Shown here: positions 12,202 through 23,204 of the stretch, one piece after another
Position numbering within the stretch: position 1 is the first letter of the stretch
Layout of the letters: each line of letters opens with the position of its first letter
Assembly (NCBI GenBank): GCA_035370085.1
Contig: DAOOVM010000002.1
Coordinates: 1-53,464 of the forward strand
Length of the DNA: 53,464 nt
From: Rhodanobacteraceae bacterium
GTDB taxonomy: Bacteria; Pseudomonadota; Gammaproteobacteria; Xanthomonadales; Rhodanobacteraceae
Direction of reading: 5' to 3'
The notes under the pieces: model-generated
Told to the model about the DNA's origin: nothing
The model's input: only the letters and a program-made list of their open reading frames with translations
Databases searched by the model: none
Position numbers and translations under genes: made by a program

Positions 12202-13152
12202 TCAGCGCGGCGCCTCTTGCGCCAGGTACGCCAGCAGGCGCATCTCGCGTCGACCGCGGGTGACGGTATCGAGCACCAGCCCGGCGAGGAAGCTCAGCGC
12301 CGCCAGCAGCATCAGCCCGGTGGCGAGGATCGCCGTGGGAAAACGCGGTACCAGCCCGGTGTGCAGGTAGGTGATGACCAGCGGTATCGCCAGCAGCACC
12401 GACAGGCTGGCCAGCAGCACGGCGGCCACGCCATAGAACAGCAGCGGGCGCTCGGCACTGAACAGGCGCAGCATCGTGCCGAGGATGCGCCAGCCGTCGC
12501 GGAAGGTGCTGAGCTTGCTCATCGACCCCTCCGGTCGCTGCTTGAACGGCGTGGCCACTTCGGCGACGGGCAAGCGCAGCTCAAGGGCGTGCACGGTCAG
12601 TTCGGTCTCGATCTCGAAGCCCGAGGAAAGCACCGGGAAGGACTTGGCGAAGCGGCGCGAGAATGCGCGGTAGCCGGACAGGATGTCCGTGCAGCTGCGC
12701 CCGAACAGGCCACTGAGAAACCCGCTCAGCATGGCGTTGCCGAAGGCGTGGCCCGGTCGATGCACCTCGCCGTGCACCGGCTCGCGCACGGCCACGACCA
12801 TGTCGAGGCGGTCGGCGAAGAGTCGCTCGAGCATGGCCGGTGCGCAGGCGGCGGCGTAGGTGTCGTCCCCGTCCACCATCACGTAGGCATCGGCCTCGAC
12901 GTCGGCGAACATGCGCCGCACCACGTGCCCCTTGCCCTGCATGGCCACGCGGTGGACCACGGCACCGGCGGCGGCAGCCACGGCCGCGGTGCCATCGCGC
13001 GAATTGTTGTCGAACACGTGGATCGCCGCCTGCGGCAACGCAGCGCGGAAATCCGCCACCACCGTGCCGATGGCGATGGCCTCGTTGTAGCAGGGAATGA
13101 CGACCGCCACGCGCCGCGCGGCGGATGCCTCCGCGGCGACGGCGGCGTTCAT
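12202..13152 (-). CDS. Glycosyltransferase family 2, polyprenyl-phosphate glycosyltransferase (GtrB/DPM-like)
   Basis: [23 protein letters not shown] DxD motif, [18 protein letters not shown], two C-terminal TM helices. Confidence 0.9.
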   Translation of the reverse strand: MNAAVAAEASAARRVAVVIPCYNEAIAIGTVVADFRAALPQAAIHVFDNNSRDGTAAVAAAAGAVVHRVAMQGKGHVVRRMFADVEADAYVMVDGDDTYAAACAPAMLERLFADRLDMVVAVREPVHGEVHRPGHAFGNAMLSGFLSGLFGRSCTDILSGYRAFSRRFAKSFPVLSSGFEIETELTVHALELRLPVAEVATPFKQRPEGSMSKLSTFRDGWRILGTMLRLFSAERPLLFYGVAAVLLASLSVLLAIPLVITYLHTGLVPRFPTAILATGLMLLAALSFLAGLVLDTVTRGRREMRLLAYLAQEAPR

Positions 13153-14171
13153 CCGAACAGGGCCGCCAGGCCCGCCGCGTGCGGTCGGGTCACCACGCCG
13201 CGCTCAGTGACGATGGCGTCGATGAACTCGCCCGGAGTCACGTCGAACACCGGATTCCAGGCCTGCGCTCCTTCCACCACGGTGCGCCGGCCGCCGATGG
13301 ACAGCAGTTCGCTGGGATCGCGCAGTTCGATCTCGATGTGCGAACCGTCGGGCGTGGCCATGTCCACGGTGGAGGATGGCGCCACCACCATGAACTTCAC
13401 CCCGTGGTGGCGCGCGGCGATGGCCAGTTGGTAGGTGCCGATCTTGTTGGCCGTGTCGCCGTTGGCGGCGATGCGATCGGCGCCGACGATGACCCACTGC
13501 ACGGCGCCGGACTTCATCAGGTGCGCCGCGGCGGAATCGGCGATGAGCTTGGCCGGAATGCCGTCGCGCACCAGCTCCCACAGAGTCAGGCGCGCGCCCT
13601 GCTGCCAGGGCCGGGTCTCGCCGGCGAACACGCGCGCAATGCGCCCGGCGGCAAATCCGGCGCGGATCACGCCCAGCGCCGTGCCGAAACCCGCCGTGGC
13701 GAGCGAGCCGGTGTTGCAGTGGGTGAGCACCCCGCTACCGGGGGCGATCAGCGCGGCGCCGAGTTCGCCCATGCGACGGTTGGCGGCCAGGTCCTCGTCC
13801 TGGATGGCCTGCGCCTCGCGCGCCAGCGCAGCGACGTCGCCGCCGGCCCGGCGCACGCGCTGCATGCGATCGAGCGCCCACATGAGGTTGACCGCGGTGG
13901 GGCGCGCCGCGCGCAGTCGCGCCATCGCCGCATCCAGGTCAGCCGGATCGGCCGACCCCATCGCCGCCAGCACGGTGCCCCAGGCTGCGGCGATGCCGAT
14001 GGCCGGTGCGCCGCGCACGGCCAGGTCGCGGATGGCGACCGCGACGTCCTCGGCCGAACGGCAAGCGATGCTGACTTCCTCCAGGGGCAGACGGCGCTGG
14101 TCGAGAAGGCGCAGGTGATCACCCTGCCAGTGCACGGCGCGGATGGTGTCGTGGCGGTCGAGTTCGCTCAT
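13149..14171 (-). CDS. mtnA: S-methyl-5-thioribose-1-phosphate isomerase
   Basis: [59 protein letters not shown]. Confidence 0.96.
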   Translation of the reverse strand: MSELDRHDTIRAVHWQGDHLRLLDQRRLPLEEVSIACRSAEDVAVAIRDLAVRGAPAIGIAAAWGTVLAAMGSADPADLDAAMARLRAARPTAVNLMWALDRMQRVRRAGGDVAALAREAQAIQDEDLAANRRMGELGAALIAPGSGVLTHCNTGSLATAGFGTALGVIRAGFAAGRIARVFAGETRPWQQGARLTLWELVRDGIPAKLIADSAAAHLMKSGAVQWVIVGADRIAANGDTANKIGTYQLAIAARHHGVKFMVVAPSSTVDMATPDGSHIEIELRDPSELLSIGGRRTVVEGAQAWNPVFDVTPGEFIDAIVTERGVVTRPHAAGLAALFG

Positions 14172-14259
14172 GGATCGGGGCATCGGTGCGGAGGACGAAG
14201 GATAGCCGGTCGGCGTGTCGCCGGGGTTTCGGCGCGGCCGCCGGGACCGCGCCAGTCTG

Positions 14260-16080
14260 CTACGACGGAGCAGACGCCGCCGCCCGCAGCGCCGCTCCGG
14301 CGGCGGTTCCTCCGGTCTGCACGCTCCACAGCGCCGCATAGGCGCCGCCCCGCGCGAGCAGCTCGGCATGCGTACCAGTTTCGACGATGCGCCCCTGGTC
14401 CAGTACCACGATGCGGTCCGCATGCACGATGGTCGACAGGCGATGGGCAATGACGACGACCGTGCACTGATGCGCGATGCGGCGCAGGGAACGCTGGATC
14501 GCCGCTTCGGTCTCGTTGTCCACCGCGCTGGTGGCCTCGTCGAGCAGGAGGATGGGCGGATCCTTGAGCAGGGCCCGCGCGATGGACAGGCGCTGGCGTT
14601 GCCCACCGCTGAGCTTCACACCGCGCTCGCCCACCGGCGTGTCGTAACCCTGCGGCAGGCGCGCGATGAATTCGTGCGCATCGGCCGCGCGTGCGGCGGC
14701 GACCAGGGCATCGAAGCCAGCCTCCGGACGTCCATAGGCCAGGTTCTCGCGCACCGTGCCCTCGAACAGGAACACGTCCTGGGCGACCCAGCCGATCTGC
14801 CGCCGCAGCCACTCCAGCGGGTAGTCGGCGAGGGCGCGGCCGTCGAGTTCGATGCGGCCGGCCGTAGGCTCGTAGAAGCGCATGAGGAGCTTGACCAGCG
14901 AACTCTTGCCGCCGCCGGTGGCGCCGACGAGCGCCACGGTGGTGCCTGCCGCGATGTGCAGGTCGATGCCGCACAGCACCTCGGGTCCCTCGGCATAGGC
15001 AAAGCGCAGACCGCGCAGGTCGATCGCGCCGCGAGCGGCTGCGGCTGGCACCGCGACCGCGGCGTCGGCGATGTGCAGCGGCGTTTCCAGCAGCCCGAGG
15101 ATGCGTCGCGTCGATGCCATGGCGCGCTCGTACAAGTCCACCGTCTCGGCCAGCCGCGTCAGCGGCCACAGCAGGCGCTGGGTCAGGAACACCAGCACGG
15201 CGTAGAAGCCCGCCTGCAGCGTGCCCTCCAGCACCAGCCGTCCGCCGACCACGAAAGTGCACAGGAAGCCGAACAGGATGGCCATGCGGATCAGCGGCAC
15301 GAAGGACGACGACAGCCGGATCGCATCGCGATTGGCAGCGACGTAGGCGGCGCTGTCCTCGCCCAGACGCTGCAGCTCGCGCTCCTCCGCGGCGAAACTG
15401 CGGATCGTGGCAATCCCCGAAAGGTTGTTGTTGAGCCGGGCCGACAGCGCCGCTACCCGCTCGCGCACGCGGTCGTAGCGCGGTCCGGCCCGGCGCTGGA
15501 ACAGGAAGGCGCCCCACAGGATCACCGGAATCGGGACGAAGGCCAGTGCCGCCAGCAGCGGCGAGATGGCGAAGAACACTGCGCCACAGGCCACGACGGT
15601 GACGAACACCTGAATCAGGTCGCTGGCCCCGCCGTTGAGGAACCGCTCCAGTTGGTTGACGTCGTCGTTGAGGATGGCCACCAGGCTGCCGCTGGAGCGG
15701 TCTTCGAAGTAGGCCTGGTCGAGGCGTTGCACGTGGGCATAGGTGCTGGTGCGCAGGGTGTGCTGCAGGTCCTGTGCCAGACCACGCCACAGCACGAGGT
15801 AGGCGAACTCGAACAGCGATTCGCACACCCAGATGAGCAGCGTGAGCGCGCCGAGCAGATACACCTGGGATAGCGGCTCGGTCACGCCGAGGGCGGCCAC
15901 GAAGGACGCCTTGCCGCGCACCACCACGTCGATGGCCACGCCGATGAGGATTTCCGGCGCCACGTCGAACAGCTTGTTCAGCACCGAGCAGGCGCTGGCC
16001 AGGACGAGACGGCTGCGGTACGGTCGCGCGTAGCGGATCAGCCGCACCAAGGCGGCAAAGGACGAGGCGGACGATGGCAT
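14260..16080 (-). CDS. ABC exporter, fused permease/ATP-binding protein
   Basis: N-terminal TM domain, Walker A GATGGGKS, signature LSGGQRQR, Walker [19 protein letters not shown]; start ATG 16080. Confidence 0.93.
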   Translation of the reverse strand: MPSSASSFAALVRLIRYARPYRSRLVLASACSVLNKLFDVAPEILIGVAIDVVVRGKASFVAALGVTEPLSQVYLLGALTLLIWVCESLFEFAYLVLWRGLAQDLQHTLRTSTYAHVQRLDQAYFEDRSSGSLVAILNDDVNQLERFLNGGASDLIQVFVTVVACGAVFFAISPLLAALAFVPIPVILWGAFLFQRRAGPRYDRVRERVAALSARLNNNLSGIATIRSFAAEERELQRLGEDSAAYVAANRDAIRLSSSFVPLIRMAILFGFLCTFVVGGRLVLEGTLQAGFYAVLVFLTQRLLWPLTRLAETVDLYERAMASTRRILGLLETPLHIADAAVAVPAAAARGAIDLRGLRFAYAEGPEVLCGIDLHIAAGTTVALVGATGGGKSSLVKLLMRFYEPTAGRIELDGRALADYPLEWLRRQIGWVAQDVFLFEGTVRENLAYGRPEAGFDALVAAARAADAHEFIARLPQGYDTPVGERGVKLSGGQRQRLSIARALLKDPPILLLDEATSAVDNETEAAIQRSLRRIAHQCTVVVIAHRLSTIVHADRIVVLDQGRIVETGTHAELLARGGAYAALWSVQTGGTAAGAALRAAASAPS

Positions 16081-16820
16081 CGGAAAAGCGTAGCACGCGC
16101 CCTGTGCGCAGCACCGAAGTCGTCGCCCGCCGCGCGGCACCCCGGAACAGGACGCGACGCACGGCACTGATCGACCGCGAATTCGACGGCCTGCTGCGCA
16201 ACGCCTGCCTCAAGGCGGCCGGTGTCGGCGCGCTTTCTGCCCTGACCGGGGTGATTCCCGGCGCCGGGATGCTGCTGCGCTTCGCTCTGGGCGAGGTGGC
16301 CGACGTGGCCGCGCTGACCGCGATCCAGGAGCAATTGATCGAGGACACGCTGGCCTTGTACGACCTGCCCCTGCCCGACAAGCTGCGCAGGCCGCTGGTG
16401 AAGCAGATCACCACGCTCGGCGCCGGCGCCAGCGTCAGCGTGGACGCCCTCGGCCGTCGCCTCCTGGCGCGCTACGGCGGCCGGCTCGGCGGCAAGCTCA
16501 TGGGTCCGGTGATCGGCCGCATCGCGCCGCTCGCCGCCGTGCTCACCAGCGCCCTGGGCAATGCCGCCACGACTTACGCCATCGGCCGCCGCGCCCAGGC
16601 CTTCGCCAAGCTCGGCGAGGCGCCGCTGGACAGCCTCGCCGATGCGATCCGCGCCTTCACCGGCGTGGACGAGCGCAAGCTGTGGGAATGGTCGGTCACG
16701 GCCACGCGCGAGGCCCTGGGCCGGGTCGGTGGCGTGCTGGGCCGCCTCGCCGCCCTCAATCCCTTTGGTGGCACCAAGGTCGCGCGCAAGCGCCGCCCGC
16801 GCGCCACCACGGCGGACTGA
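16074..16820 (+). CDS. Hypothetical protein, EcsC/DUF697-like
   Basis: GAGG SD upstream; Gly/Ala-rich amphipathic helices, GRIAPLAAVLTSALGNAATTYAIGRRA resembling EcsC-type C-termini. Confidence 0.6.
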   Translation: MASEKRSTRPVRSTEVVARRAAPRNRTRRTALIDREFDGLLRNACLKAAGVGALSALTGVIPGAGMLLRFALGEVADVAALTAIQEQLIEDTLALYDLPLPDKLRRPLVKQITTLGAGASVSVDALGRRLLARYGGRLGGKLMGPVIGRIAPLAAVLTSALGNAATTYAIGRRAQAFAKLGEAPLDSLADAIRAFTGVDERKLWEWSVTATREALGRVGGVLGRLAALNPFGGTKVARKRRPRATTAD

Positions 16821-16896
16821 ACCGGGCCGCGGCAGCCTGCCGCGCCGTGCCTTATGCCCTCGCTTCGCCACGCGGGGCCGATTAGCCTCGCCGGCA

Positions 16897-17841
16897 ATGC
16901 CCCTGTCTGACGCAGTCCACGTGCACGCATTTCACGCCATCGGCCTGGTCGGCCACGGTCGCTTCGGCGCGGCGCTGGGAGAGCTCATGTCGCGCGGACG
17001 TCTGGACTGGCGCGCCTATGACGCCACCCGCCCGGTGCCGGCGGCGCACGCCGCCGCCGACCTCGGCGCGCTGGCCGCGGCCAGCGATCTCATCGTACTG
17101 GCCGTGCCCGTGGTCGCGCTGGACGCCGCGTTGAGGTCCCTGCGTCCGTGGCTCACGCCCGCGCACACGGTCATCGACGTCGGCAGCGTGAAAGTCGGGC
17201 CCTGTGCCCTGCTCGACCGCCACCTGGGCGCCACCATCGCGCACGTCGGAACGCATCCCCTGTTCGGGCCGCTGAGTCTGGCCCGCGCCGAACCGCTGCG
17301 CACGGTGCTGTGCCCCAGCCCGCGGCATGCGGCGGCGGCCCGGCGCGTCCGCGCCCTGTTCGAAAGCCTGGGCAGCAGCGTGGTCGAGCGCAGCGCAGAG
17401 GCCCACGACCGCGCCATGGCGCTGACCCACGTGCTGGCCTTCTTCATCGCCAAGGGGCTGGTCGACATCGGCGCGGGCGAGGACCTCGACCTGGCGCCGC
17501 CGAGCTTCCGCGCCCTGGCCCAGGCCATCGACGCCGTACGGGCGGACGCCGGCCACCTGTTCACCGCCATCCAGCGCGAGAATCCCTACGCGTCCGCCAG
17601 CCGAGAGCGCTTGCTGCAGGCGCTGCAGACCATCGACCAGCGCCTTGCCGCGAACAACGACGCACCGGCGTGGCCTGACGAGACGACACTGGCCCGGCCT
17701 GCGCCGTCCTCGGATCCGGACGCCCGGCACCAATTGGCCCTGCTCGACGCCGAGCTCGCGGCGCTGCACCAGCGGCGCGAGCGCCTGCTGCAGCGGGCGC
17801 TGCAGCAGGCGAAGCCCGGCGAATCCGACCCCGACACTTGA
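16897..17841 (+). CDS. tyrA: Prephenate/arogenate dehydrogenase (TyrA family)
   Basis: IGLVGHGRFG Rossmann motif, LAVP, IDVGSVK, GTHPLFGP, AEAHDRAMA. Confidence 0.82.
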   Translation: MPLSDAVHVHAFHAIGLVGHGRFGAALGELMSRGRLDWRAYDATRPVPAAHAAADLGALAAASDLIVLAVPVVALDAALRSLRPWLTPAHTVIDVGSVKVGPCALLDRHLGATIAHVGTHPLFGPLSLARAEPLRTVLCPSPRHAAAARRVRALFESLGSSVVERSAEAHDRAMALTHVLAFFIAKGLVDIGAGEDLDLAPPSFRALAQAIDAVRADAGHLFTAIQRENPYASASRERLLQALQTIDQRLAANNDAPAWPDETTLARPAPSSDPDARHQLALLDAELAALHQRRERLLQRALQQAKPGESDPDT

Positions 17842-18021
17842 GTGCGCACCGGCCAAGCGCCGGCGCGCCGGGCAGCAAGGACCATCGCGCCGTCCGAGCG
17901 CCACGGCCGCTGCAGCGGCGTCACGGCCGCCGGGCGCGCCTCGAACGGGCTCGGTCCGCTCCAGGCCCTCGCTGTGGTGGCCACCACGCGGCGACGCCCC
18001 TGCGCCGCGCGGCAGAACGCG

Positions 18022-18501
18022 CTAGGGTCCGCGGCGACGATAGGTCCCGACCAACTGCGCCTCGGCCAGCACGTGGCCGCGCATGGCGGCGAGCAGACGC
18101 GCCTTGTCCGGCTGCCCCAGATCCGGCAGGACGCAGTCGAGCGCGTAGAGGGTGTGGAAATAGCGGTGGCGGCCGATCGGCGGACAGGGTCCGCCGTAGC
18201 CGCTGCGCTGCCAGTCATTGCGTCCCTCGCGGGTGGACGGCGGCAGGTCGGCCGCGGCGAGCGCCTCGGGCAGGCCGCCGGCGGCCGGCGGCAGGTTGTA
18301 CAGCAGCCAGTGTACCCACGTGGTCGTCGGCGCCTGCGGATCGGGCGCGTCCGGATCGTCAATGATGAGCGCCAGGCTGCGTGCGTCAGCCGGCACGCCG
18401 GTCCAGGTCAGCGGCGGCGAGAGATCGCTGCCGTCGCACGTGTACCGAGCGGGAATCGCTGCACCGTCAGTGAAGGCGCTGGAGCGGAGTTCAAAGTGCA
18501 T
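18022..18501 (-). CDS. YbhB/YbcL family PEBP (Raf kinase inhibitor-like) protein
   Basis: SPPLTW, DDPDAP, WVHW, YGGPCPPIGRHRYF. Confidence 0.93.
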   Translation of the reverse strand: MHFELRSSAFTDGAAIPARYTCDGSDLSPPLTWTGVPADARSLALIIDDPDAPDPQAPTTTWVHWLLYNLPPAAGGLPEALAAADLPPSTREGRNDWQRSGYGGPCPPIGRHRYFHTLYALDCVLPDLGQPDKARLLAAMRGHVLAEAQLVGTYRRRGP

Positions 18502-18634
18502 GTGACGGTCCTCCCGATGGCCGCAACAGCGGATCAGGGGGCGCCGACCGCGCGTGGCCTGATCCGGCGCCGATGCGCTGGCGGCGTGCCGTCGCCGACA
18601 CGTCGCCGCAGGGCGGCAAGCGCGGCCGCCGCCG

Positions 18635-19708
18635 TCAGTCGCTGCGCTGCATCAGCCACTGGTGGATCGCCGGCGGCACCTCGCGCTGCGCGCGGCCGCT
18701 GACATAGATACCGATGTGTCCGCCCTTGAAGGCGATCTGGCTGTAGTCGCGCGAGCCCACGGCGCCCTGCAGCGCGCGCGAGGACGCCGGCGGCACCAGG
18801 TGATCCTGCTCGGCGAAGATGTTCAGCACCGGCTGCCGGATGTTCTTCAGGTCGACCGCGTGCCCGCCGATCTCCAGGCCGCCCTTCAGCAGCTTGTTGC
18901 CCTGGTAGAAATCCTTCAGGAACTGGCGGAAGGCCTCACCGGCCTGGTCGGGCGAATCGAAGATCCACTTCTCCATGCGCAGGAAATTCTCCACTTCCGT
19001 CTTGTCGTCCAGCACGTCGATCAGACCGACGTACTTCTGCTGGAACAGGCGCATGGGTTTGAGCGTGAGGTAGCACCAGTTCATGAGGTCCGCCGGCACA
19101 TTGCCGAGGGTGTCGACGAACAGATCGATGTCCAGCTCGCGCACCCAGTGCGACAGCATGTTGTCCGGCGTGTGGAAATCCACCGGCGTGACCATGGTGA
19201 CCAGATTCTTCACCTTGTCCGGGTGCAGGGCGGTGTAACACAGCGAGAAGGCACCGCCCTGGCAGATGCCGAGCAGGTTGATCGCGTCGACACCGTGGCG
19301 CTCGCGCAGCACGTCCACGCAGCGGTCGAGATACCCGTTGATATAGTCGTCCAGCGACAGGAAGCGGTCGGCGCCGTCGGGATAGCCCCAGTCGATGAGA
19401 TAGACGTCTTCGCCCAGGGCCAGCAGGTTCTTCACCAGCGAGCGGTCGTCCTGCAGGTCGACCATGTAGGGCGTATTGACCAGGGCGTAGCAGATGAGGA
19501 TCGGCGTGCGCCGCGTCGGCGCCTTGGCACCGCGGAAGCGGTAGAGCGTGATCTTGTCCTCGCGATGGATGACATCGCGCGGGGTGACGCCGACGTGCAC
19601 CTCGTCGAGCCGACGCAGGGTCTGCGCGCCGGCGGCGAGTTTCTGCTGCAGGCGGGCGGCTTCCTCCAGCAGTTGCTGCGGTTCGATACGGATCGGTCCC
19701 ATGCTCAT
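18635..19708 (-). CDS. phaC: Class III polyhydroxyalkanoate synthase subunit PhaC
   Basis: About 357 aa, YALVNTPYMVDLQ, lipase box GICQGG, FLRMEKWIFDSPDQAGE, DHLVPP, GGHIG; exact start (19702/19708/19714) uncertain. Confidence 0.95.
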   Translation of the reverse strand: MSMGPIRIEPQQLLEEAARLQQKLAAGAQTLRRLDEVHVGVTPRDVIHREDKITLYRFRGAKAPTRRTPILICYALVNTPYMVDLQDDRSLVKNLLALGEDVYLIDWGYPDGADRFLSLDDYINGYLDRCVDVLRERHGVDAINLLGICQGGAFSLCYTALHPDKVKNLVTMVTPVDFHTPDNMLSHWVRELDIDLFVDTLGNVPADLMNWCYLTLKPMRLFQQKYVGLIDVLDDKTEVENFLRMEKWIFDSPDQAGEAFRQFLKDFYQGNKLLKGGLEIGGHAVDLKNIRQPVLNIFAEQDHLVPPASSRALQGAVGSRDYSQIAFKGGHIGIYVSGRAQREVPPAIHQWLMQRSD

Positions 19709-19710
19709 GA

Positions 19711-20778
19711 TCAACGCTTCCGGACAGGCGTCTTGGCGGTCTTGCGGGCGGGCGCCTTGGCGGCCGGCTTGGCAGTGGCCTTGGCGCGCGGCGGCGTCTT
19801 GGCGGCACCCTGCAGGCCAGCGAGCTCGGCGCGCAGGGCGGCGATCTCGGCCTTGAACTGGGCAGCGGACTTCTCTCCCGGTGCGGCGGCCCCTTCGGCA
19901 CCCGCCGCAGGCCCATGCCGCGCGGCGCGGCGCAGCTCGTGCACGGCCTTCTCCAGGCTGCGCACTTCGCTGCGCGTCGGCAGGCCCAACTGTCCGGCCA
20001 TGCGTTCCACCTCGCCCTGCACAAGCGAGCGCAGCTTCATCTGCGCGTTAACCATGGCACCGTAGGCCTGCTGGAATTCCGCCGACAGCGCCACCTCGGC
20101 ATAGGCCTCCTCGGCGGCGTCGATCCACAGGTCGTAGACCTGGCGCACGGACTCGAGCTGCCGTCCGGGTTCTTCGCGTTCGGCCAGCTTGCCCTGGAAA
20201 CGCTCGAAGCCGTCGCGGCTGGCCTTGAGAATCAGCGCCTGGTAGCGGTTGCTCTGGGTCTGGTAGTCGCCCATCGCACGCGTCAGCGCCTGCCAGCGCT
20301 CCTGGTGCTCGCGCGTCAGCCCGAAGGTCGGCAGCCCCAGCAGCGACTGCCACTCCTGGCGCAGCGGAGCGGCAACGCGACCGAATTCCCCCATCATCGC
20401 GTCGAAGCCCTGCGCACCCCGCCCGCCGAGATCGCGCAGGGCCTGCGCCAGGGGATTGTCCAGCAGGGACGGCTCCATGCCGGGGAAATTGAAACCCTGG
20501 CGCAGGGCCTCGGTCCAGGCACCGGCCGTGTCCTTGCCCTGCCCGGCACCGCCGGCCAGCGACTGCAGCAGGGCGAAATAGCCCTTGGCGCTCGCGCTGA
20601 GGCGATCGAGCACTTCGGCCGGAGCCGCCACCTGCCCGAAGGCCGCGGCAAACGGCTGCGCGGCGCTCTTCCACGCGGCCAGGGGGTCCGCGGGTGCGCC
20701 GGCACCCCGGCCGATGTCGCCCAGCGCGCCGAGGAATTGGCGCGACAGCGCCTCCCAATCCTTCATCCATTCCTGCAT
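19711..20778 (-). CDS. phaE: Class III PHA synthase subunit PhaE
   Basis: PTFGLTREHQERWQ, YDLWIDAAEEAY, LGLPTRSEV; directly upstream of phaC. Confidence 0.92.
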   Translation of the reverse strand: MQEWMKDWEALSRQFLGALGDIGRGAGAPADPLAAWKSAAQPFAAAFGQVAAPAEVLDRLSASAKGYFALLQSLAGGAGQGKDTAGAWTEALRQGFNFPGMEPSLLDNPLAQALRDLGGRGAQGFDAMMGEFGRVAAPLRQEWQSLLGLPTFGLTREHQERWQALTRAMGDYQTQSNRYQALILKASRDGFERFQGKLAEREEPGRQLESVRQVYDLWIDAAEEAYAEVALSAEFQQAYGAMVNAQMKLRSLVQGEVERMAGQLGLPTRSEVRSLEKAVHELRRAARHGPAAGAEGAAAPGEKSAAQFKAEIAALRAELAGLQGAAKTPPRAKATAKPAAKAPARKTAKTPVRKR

Positions 20779-20869
20779 GGTCGGTTCCGTGGGGTGGAGT
20801 GGCGGTCGAACGCAGATGGTACATCCACGCCCGGCGGCCTGGCTTGGGGAATCCAGGCGTGGCGACATC

Positions 20870-20909
20870 GGCAAAGAAAAAGCGGGCCGAAGCCCGCTTT
20901 TTCCTTGCC
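20870..20909. terminator. Bidirectional intrinsic terminator downstream of pnp
   Basis: AAAAAGCGGGC-CGAA-GCCCGCTTTTT hairpin with flanking A/T tracts. Confidence 0.9.
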
Positions 20910-20948
20910 CTGATGCGCCCCGCGCCGAGCGGGTCGCGGACGCGGCGA

Positions 20949-23048
20949 TCAGTCGCCGGCGTCCTCCGTCACGGCCTTCATGGACAGGCGGATGCGGCCC
21001 TGCTTGTCCACTTCGAGCACCTTGACCTTGACCATGTCGCCTTCCTTGAGCTTGTCGGACACCTTCTCGACGCGCTCGTTGGAGATCTGCGAGACGTGCA
21101 CCAGCCCGTCCTTGCCGGGCAGGATGGTGACGAAGGCGCCGAAATCCATCAGCTTGGCGACCTTGCCCTCGTAGATGCGACCCGGCTCCACGTCAGACAC
21201 GATCTGGTCGATGCGCGCCTTCGCGGCATCGGCCGCCAGACGGTTGACCGAGGCGATGATGATGGTGCCATCGTCCTGGATGTCGATCTGCGTGCCGGTC
21301 TCCTCGGTGATCGAACGGATCACCGCACCGCCCTTGCCGATGACCTCGCGGATCTTGTCCGGGTGGATCTTCATGGTGAGCAGACGCGGCGCGTACTCGC
21401 TCATCTCCGAGCGCGGCGTGCTGATGACCTTGTTCATCTCTCCGAGTATGTGCAGACGGCCGCGCTTGGCCTGCTCCAGCGCCACGCGCATGATTTCCTC
21501 GGTGATGCCGTCGATCTTGATGTCCATCTGCAGGGCCGAGATACCGTTGGCGCTGCCGGCGACCTTGAAGTCCATGTCGCCCAGATGGTCCTCATCGCCC
21601 AGGATGTCCGACAGCACGACAAAGTCGCTGCCTTCCTTCACCAGGCCCATGGCGATGCCGGCCACCGGCGCCTTGAGCGGCACGCCGGCGTCCATCATGG
21701 CCAGCGAGGAACCGCACACCGAGGCCATCGACGAGGAACCGTTCGATTCGGTGATTTCCGACACCACGCGCAGCACGTAGGGGAACTCCTCGATGCTGGG
21801 CTTCACCGCCTGCACGCCGCGCTTGGCCAGGCGGCCGTGGCCGATCTCGCGGCGCTTGGGCGCGCCGAAGCGGCCGGCCTCGCCCACCGAGAACGGCGGG
21901 AAGTTGTAATGGAACAGGAACGGATCCTTCGACTCGCCTTCCGGCGCGTCGATGATCTGCGCGTCGCGCGTGGTGCCCAGCGTGGTGACCACCAGGGCCT
22001 GCGTTTCGCCGCGGGTGAAAAGGGCGGAACCGTGGGTGCGCGGCAGCACGCCCACGCGCACGCTGATCGGCCGGATGTCGTCGAGCTGGCGGCCGTCGAT
22101 GCGCACCTTGGTCTTGAGCACGCCGTCGCGCAGCGTGCGGTATTCGAGCTCGGCGAACTCCTTGGCGAGATCCGCGCCGTTCCAGCCCTGCTGCTCGGCC
22201 TGCGCCTTGAGCGATCCCATGACGTCGGCCTTGATCGCGGCGATGGCGTCGCGACGCTGCAGCTTGTCGCGCACCTGGAACGCCTGCGCCAGGCGGTCGC
22301 CCACGGCGGCCTTGAGCGCGGCCACCAGGGCCTCGCTGCGCGCCGGCGCCTGCCAGTCCCAGGACGGCTTGGCCGCCTGCGTGGCGAGCTCGGCGATGGC
22401 CTGGATCGCCACCTGCATCTGCTTGTGGCCGAACATCACCGCACCCAGCATCACGTCCTCGGACAGCAGCTTGGCTTCGGACTCCACCATGAGCACGGCA
22501 CCCGCCGTGCCGGCAACGACCAGGTCGAGCTCGGAGGTCTTGAGCTCGGTCGCGCTGGGATTGAGCAGGTACTGGCCGTTGGCGTAACCGACGCGGGCGG
22601 CGCCGATGGGGCCGCGGAAGGGAATGCCCGCCAGGCTCAGGGCCGCGGATGCGCCCAGCATGGCCGGGATGTCGCCGTCGATTTCGGGATCGAGCGAGAC
22701 CACCTGCGCGATGACCTGCACTTCGTTGCGGAACTCTTCCGGGAAGAGCGGGCGCACCGGGCGGTCGATCAGGCGCGAAGTGAGGGTCTCCTTTTCGGTG
22801 GGACGCCCCTCGCGCTTGAAGAAGCCGCCGGGGATGCGCCCGGCGGAGTAGAACTTCTCGACGTAGTCGACGGTGAGCGGGAAGAAGTCCTGGCCCTCGC
22901 GCGCTTTTGCGGCAGCGACCACGGTGACGAGCACCACGGTGCCCCCCATGCTGACCATCACCGCACCGGAGGCCTGGCGGGCGATCTCGCCCGTCTCCAG
23001 CGTGACCTGTTGACTACCGAACTGGAACGACTTGCTTACTTTCGCCAC
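20949..23048 (-). CDS. pnp: Polyribonucleotide nucleotidyltransferase
   Basis: [39 protein letters not shown] and S1 domains; GTG start 23048 with GGAG SD. Confidence 0.98.
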   Translation of the reverse strand: MAKVSKSFQFGSQQVTLETGEIARQASGAVMVSMGGTVVLVTVVAAAKAREGQDFFPLTVDYVEKFYSAGRIPGGFFKREGRPTEKETLTSRLIDRPVRPLFPEEFRNEVQVIAQVVSLDPEIDGDIPAMLGASAALSLAGIPFRGPIGAARVGYANGQYLLNPSATELKTSELDLVVAGTAGAVLMVESEAKLLSEDVMLGAVMFGHKQMQVAIQAIAELATQAAKPSWDWQAPARSEALVAALKAAVGDRLAQAFQVRDKLQRRDAIAAIKADVMGSLKAQAEQQGWNGADLAKEFAELEYRTLRDGVLKTKVRIDGRQLDDIRPISVRVGVLPRTHGSALFTRGETQALVVTTLGTTRDAQIIDAPEGESKDPFLFHYNFPPFSVGEAGRFGAPKRREIGHGRLAKRGVQAVKPSIEEFPYVLRVVSEITESNGSSSMASVCGSSLAMMDAGVPLKAPVAGIAMGLVKEGSDFVVLSDILGDEDHLGDMDFKVAGSANGISALQMDIKIDGITEEIMRVALEQAKRGRLHILGEMNKVISTPRSEMSEYAPRLLTMKIHPDKIREVIGKGGAVIRSITEETGTQIDIQDDGTIIIASVNRLAADAAKARIDQIVSDVEPGRIYEGKVAKLMDFGAFVTILPGKDGLVHVSQISNERVEKVSDKLKEGDMVKVKVLEVDKQGRIRLSMKAVTEDAGD

Positions 23049-23204
23049 GAGGCGGCTCCCGAATGTCTTGCGCGCGGCAAAACCGGAGCCGCGCATCCAT
23101 GGAAAGTGCGGCCGAGATGGCCGCTGCTGAACTTCACGTCGAAGCAGGTGCCATCGCGCGGCCGAGGCTGGAGGCGGGGGCCGCGTTCAAGGGGTAAAGC
23201 CAGA

